A DNA stretch of 19,632 bases, taken from assembly GCA_031409335.1 (NCBI GenBank), contig JANNWY010000150.1, positions 1 through 19,632 on the forward strand. Direction: 5' to 3'. The number at the start of each line of letters is the position of its first letter. Position 1 is the stretch's first letter. A model generated the notes under the pieces. That model worked only from the letters and a program-made list of their open reading frames with translations, ran no database searches and was not told the origin of the DNA. Origin of the DNA: Chthoniobacteraceae bacterium. Lineage in GTDB: Bacteria; Verrucomicrobiota; Verrucomicrobiia; Chthoniobacterales; Chthoniobacteraceae. The translations under genes and the position numbers were made by a program. Below, one piece after another: positions 17,727 through 19,632 of this stretch.

Positions 17727-18417
17727 TCAAAGACTTCTCGCTTCTGTGTGGCGCGCACGGCCGTTGCCATTGCCGTTAGCCTGGATGCTCGCGCTCTCGG
17801 TCGCCGCAGGCTCTTCCTCCGTGGTCGAAAGATTCCGGTACCCAGCAGCTCTTGCCACCGGCAGCGTGAAAAACACCGGCTCACTCGCCACCCCCTGCGA
17901 TCGCACATTCACCGCCTGCACGATCACCTCCACCGTCTGCCCCGCCATCACCTCACGGATCACCGCCAGCGGCTCCGTCGTTCTCGCCACCAGTTGGAAA
18001 TCGTCCTGCACCCCCGCGATCCGTGTCCGCCACCGATACCGCTTCGCCAGCGCCACCGCTTCGCACTGCACCACCAGCGCCCCCGTCTCATCCAGTTGCA
18101 CCGTCACATTCACCGGCTGCCCCGGCGTCACACTCGTCGCCGGCATCTTCAGCCCGAATGCCAGCCAGCGCGGATCATCCTTCGCCAGTTTCCCCTCCAG
18201 ATTCTTGATCAATTCACGCATCACCCCCACCAGCTTTTCATACGCCGTCTGCCACGCATCCCCGATCGTATTCAGCTCCACCGCTGCCGTCGTCACCGCC
18301 TCCTGCGCTGCCAGCGCCCCGTCCCGCAGCGTCGTCCCCTGCCCCGCCGTCAGCTTCATCGTCGGCACCTCAAAGGTCGGATTCGCCATGAAAAACTTCA
18401 CCAAAGACAACGCCAGC
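17727..18417 (-). pseudogene. Fibronectin type III domain protein, probably 5'-truncated
   Basis: Helical segment, then DDPRWLAFGL, then an FN3-like beta domain (TPGQPVNV...RYRWR...GQTVEVIVQAVN...SEP). Upstream of ~18417 the frame is simply antisense to the IS110 transposase. An in-frame ATG at 18389 could give a 220-aa product. Confidence 0.6.
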
Positions 18418-19097
18418 AACGCTGGCAGCAACTCTGCGCCGCCTTGCTCGACTGCGACCAGGAACTGGCCACCCGCACCGCCGCGCTGACCAGCATCACC
18501 GAGGCCCCGCTGCCCGCCGCCCCGGCCACCCAGCGCCGCGTGCAAAAGAACATGCCCCTTAGCCTGCCCATCTATGCCGAAGCCCACCGCCTGCTCGGCG
18601 TGGACTTGAGTGCCGTCCCGGGGATCAGCGGCGGCGTCCTCTGCGTGCTCCTCAGCGAAGTCGGCACCGGCACCCATCTGCGGGAAAAGTTCCGCAGCGC
18701 CGAAGCCTTTGCCAGTTGGCTGGGCCTTTGTCCGGACAACCGCATCAGCGGCGGACGCATCCTCAAAGCCGGTACCCGCAAAGTCTGCAACCGGATCGCC
18801 AACATCCTGAGGATGGCCGCCCACGCCTTAAGCCGCGCCGATGGCCCGATGGGCGACTATGTGCGCCGCTTCAAAGGCCGACTGGGCAAAGCCGAAGGCA
18901 TTGTCGCCGGGGCGCATAAGTTAGCCCGCATCATTTGGGCCTTGGTCGTCTCCGGCCAGCCCTACGACGAAAAAAAGGCCTTTCAAACCACTCCCGCCAG
19001 CGCCGCCCGCCGCCTCAAACACCTCCAAAACCAAGCTAAAGCCCTCAATATGCAACTCGTTCCAGTCTAACCTCTTCTAACTCCTGTTATTCAGGAG
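18412..19097 (+). mobile_element. IS110-family element, 5'-truncated: C-terminal transposase domain (stop 19068-19070) and right end
   Basis: GVDLSAVPGI, SEVG, FRSAEAFASWLGLCPDNRISGG (serine motif), LRMAA and A.AHKLARII motifs. The N-terminal DEDD/RuvC domain is absent. The end carries a CTCCTG-TTATT-CAGGAG hairpin (19081-19097). Confidence 0.88.
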
Positions 19098-19420
19098 GCC
19101 ACATGGTCACTCCATCTCTTGATGACTCGCCCGAGACCAACAACGCGCGCACCCTCGCGAACGGTGAACTCAACTCCGGGCACAAGTGCTGAGTAATCAA
19201 CCTGCGGATGATAAACAAGACCGAACGTCGCAACGAAAGGGCAAGCGGGCTGAACGCGCTCCGGCGCTGAAAGGAAGATCGTGCCGAGATACTCGCCGTC
19301 ACCAACGACGACGTGTGGCCGATACATCATCGGCTCGGTGAAGACCGGTGGCCGCTGTCGTCCGCCTTGTGCTTCTGTGAGAAACAACATCTCTGCCTCG
19401 ACCTTGGGAAACTCGCGCAT
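19091..19420 (-). CDS. Stand-alone EF-Tu domain III-like beta-barrel protein, 109 aa, in a probable integron cassette
   Basis: EAEMLFLTEAQGGRQRP, YRPH and FTVREGARVVGLGRV align by eye with EF-Tu C-terminal EAEVYIL.K.EGGRHTP, YRPQ and FAIREGGRTVGAGVV. Confidence 0.75.
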   Translation of the reverse strand: MREFPKVEAEMLFLTEAQGGRQRPPVFTEPMMYRPHVVVGDGEYLGTIFLSAPERVQPACPFVATFGLVYHPQVDYSALVPGVEFTVREGARVVGLGRVIKRWSDHVAS

Positions 19421-19435
19421 GATGTGTGTGGCCTA
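19096..19435 (-). mobile_element. Probable integron gene cassette with both attC core half-sites interrupted
   Basis: Minus strand reads TAGGCCACA-cacatc-ATG...TGTGGCCT. These look like remnants of GTTAGGC (core) and GCCTAAC (inverse core), with 8-bp complementarity AGGCCACA(19096-19103)/TGTGGCCT(19427-19434). The single ORF has no room for its own promoter. Confidence 0.6.
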
Positions 19436-19632
19436 GACTTTATGGCTGCCCTCCATGTGAGCGCGGCGTTTTCTGAAAGGGGAAGCGGTGCGCTTGAAGG
19501 AGTGGCGAAGTCGCGGGTTGCGCGGGATAAACCGTGCCGAGCCGCATTCTGTGCGGGATCACCGCCGGAGCGGCGTCACCAATAATAAAGCCAACACACA
19601 ACAAGCACACCATGAACAAAGAACTACTGTTT
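19434..19632 (+). mobile_element. Left end of a second probable IS110-family element; transposase start ATG 19612 (MNKELLF...) cut by the window end
   Basis: Begins with -10-like TAGACT (19434-19439), then ~175 nt of structured non-coding DNA and an A/C-rich leader. MNKELLF fits the short lead-in before the IS110 (I/V)GLD motif, but that motif is not visible here. Confidence 0.55.
19440..19590 (+). ncRNA. Candidate IS110 bridge/seek RNA
   Basis: Stems CTCC(19451-54)/GGAG(19499-502), AGCGC(19460-64)/GCGCT(19490-94), GTGGCG(19502-07)/CGTCAC(19574-79), CCGCA(19542-46)/TGCGG(19552-56) and CGCCG(19563-67)/CGGCG(19571-75). It lies upstream of the putative transposase, as in IS621. Confidence 0.45.

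Noticed and set aside
17592..19070. 492-aa plus-strand ORF and 365-aa minus-strand ORF (17727-18824) as real overlapping genes
   Set aside because: Each is half real protein and half antisense read-through across the junction near 18415.
19091..19420. Annotating the ORF as tuf
   Set aside because: It is only domain III-sized, highly diverged, has its own start codon and is not in a ribosomal protein or tRNA context.

Overview
High-GC bacterial window. Gene content, repeats and promoter style suggest Verrucomicrobiota (Chthoniobacterales-like); this is an inference. The core (716-17325) is ordinary metabolism: a disrupted putA, adenosine deaminase, DUF58, PhoD phosphatase, an NlpC/P60-like protein, sulfatase, pseudouridine synthase, YghX-like hydrolase, EamA transporter, an internally deleted mini-LysR, an atypical OYE-family oxidoreductase and alpha-glucan phosphorylase. 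Both ends are mobile-element rich. The left end has an IS1595 remnant abutting a decayed class III nucleotidyl cyclase gene. The right end is the most interesting part. An apparent integron gene cassette encodes a stand-alone EF-Tu domain III-like protein, and both of its attC core half-sites appear interrupted by IS110-family elements. One of these elements shows a structured ~175-nt non-coding left end, a candidate bridge/seek RNA. Several microhomology-bounded deletions and point lesions point to genome decay or to assembly/amplification artefacts. All calls come from motif recognition by eye; no searches were run.
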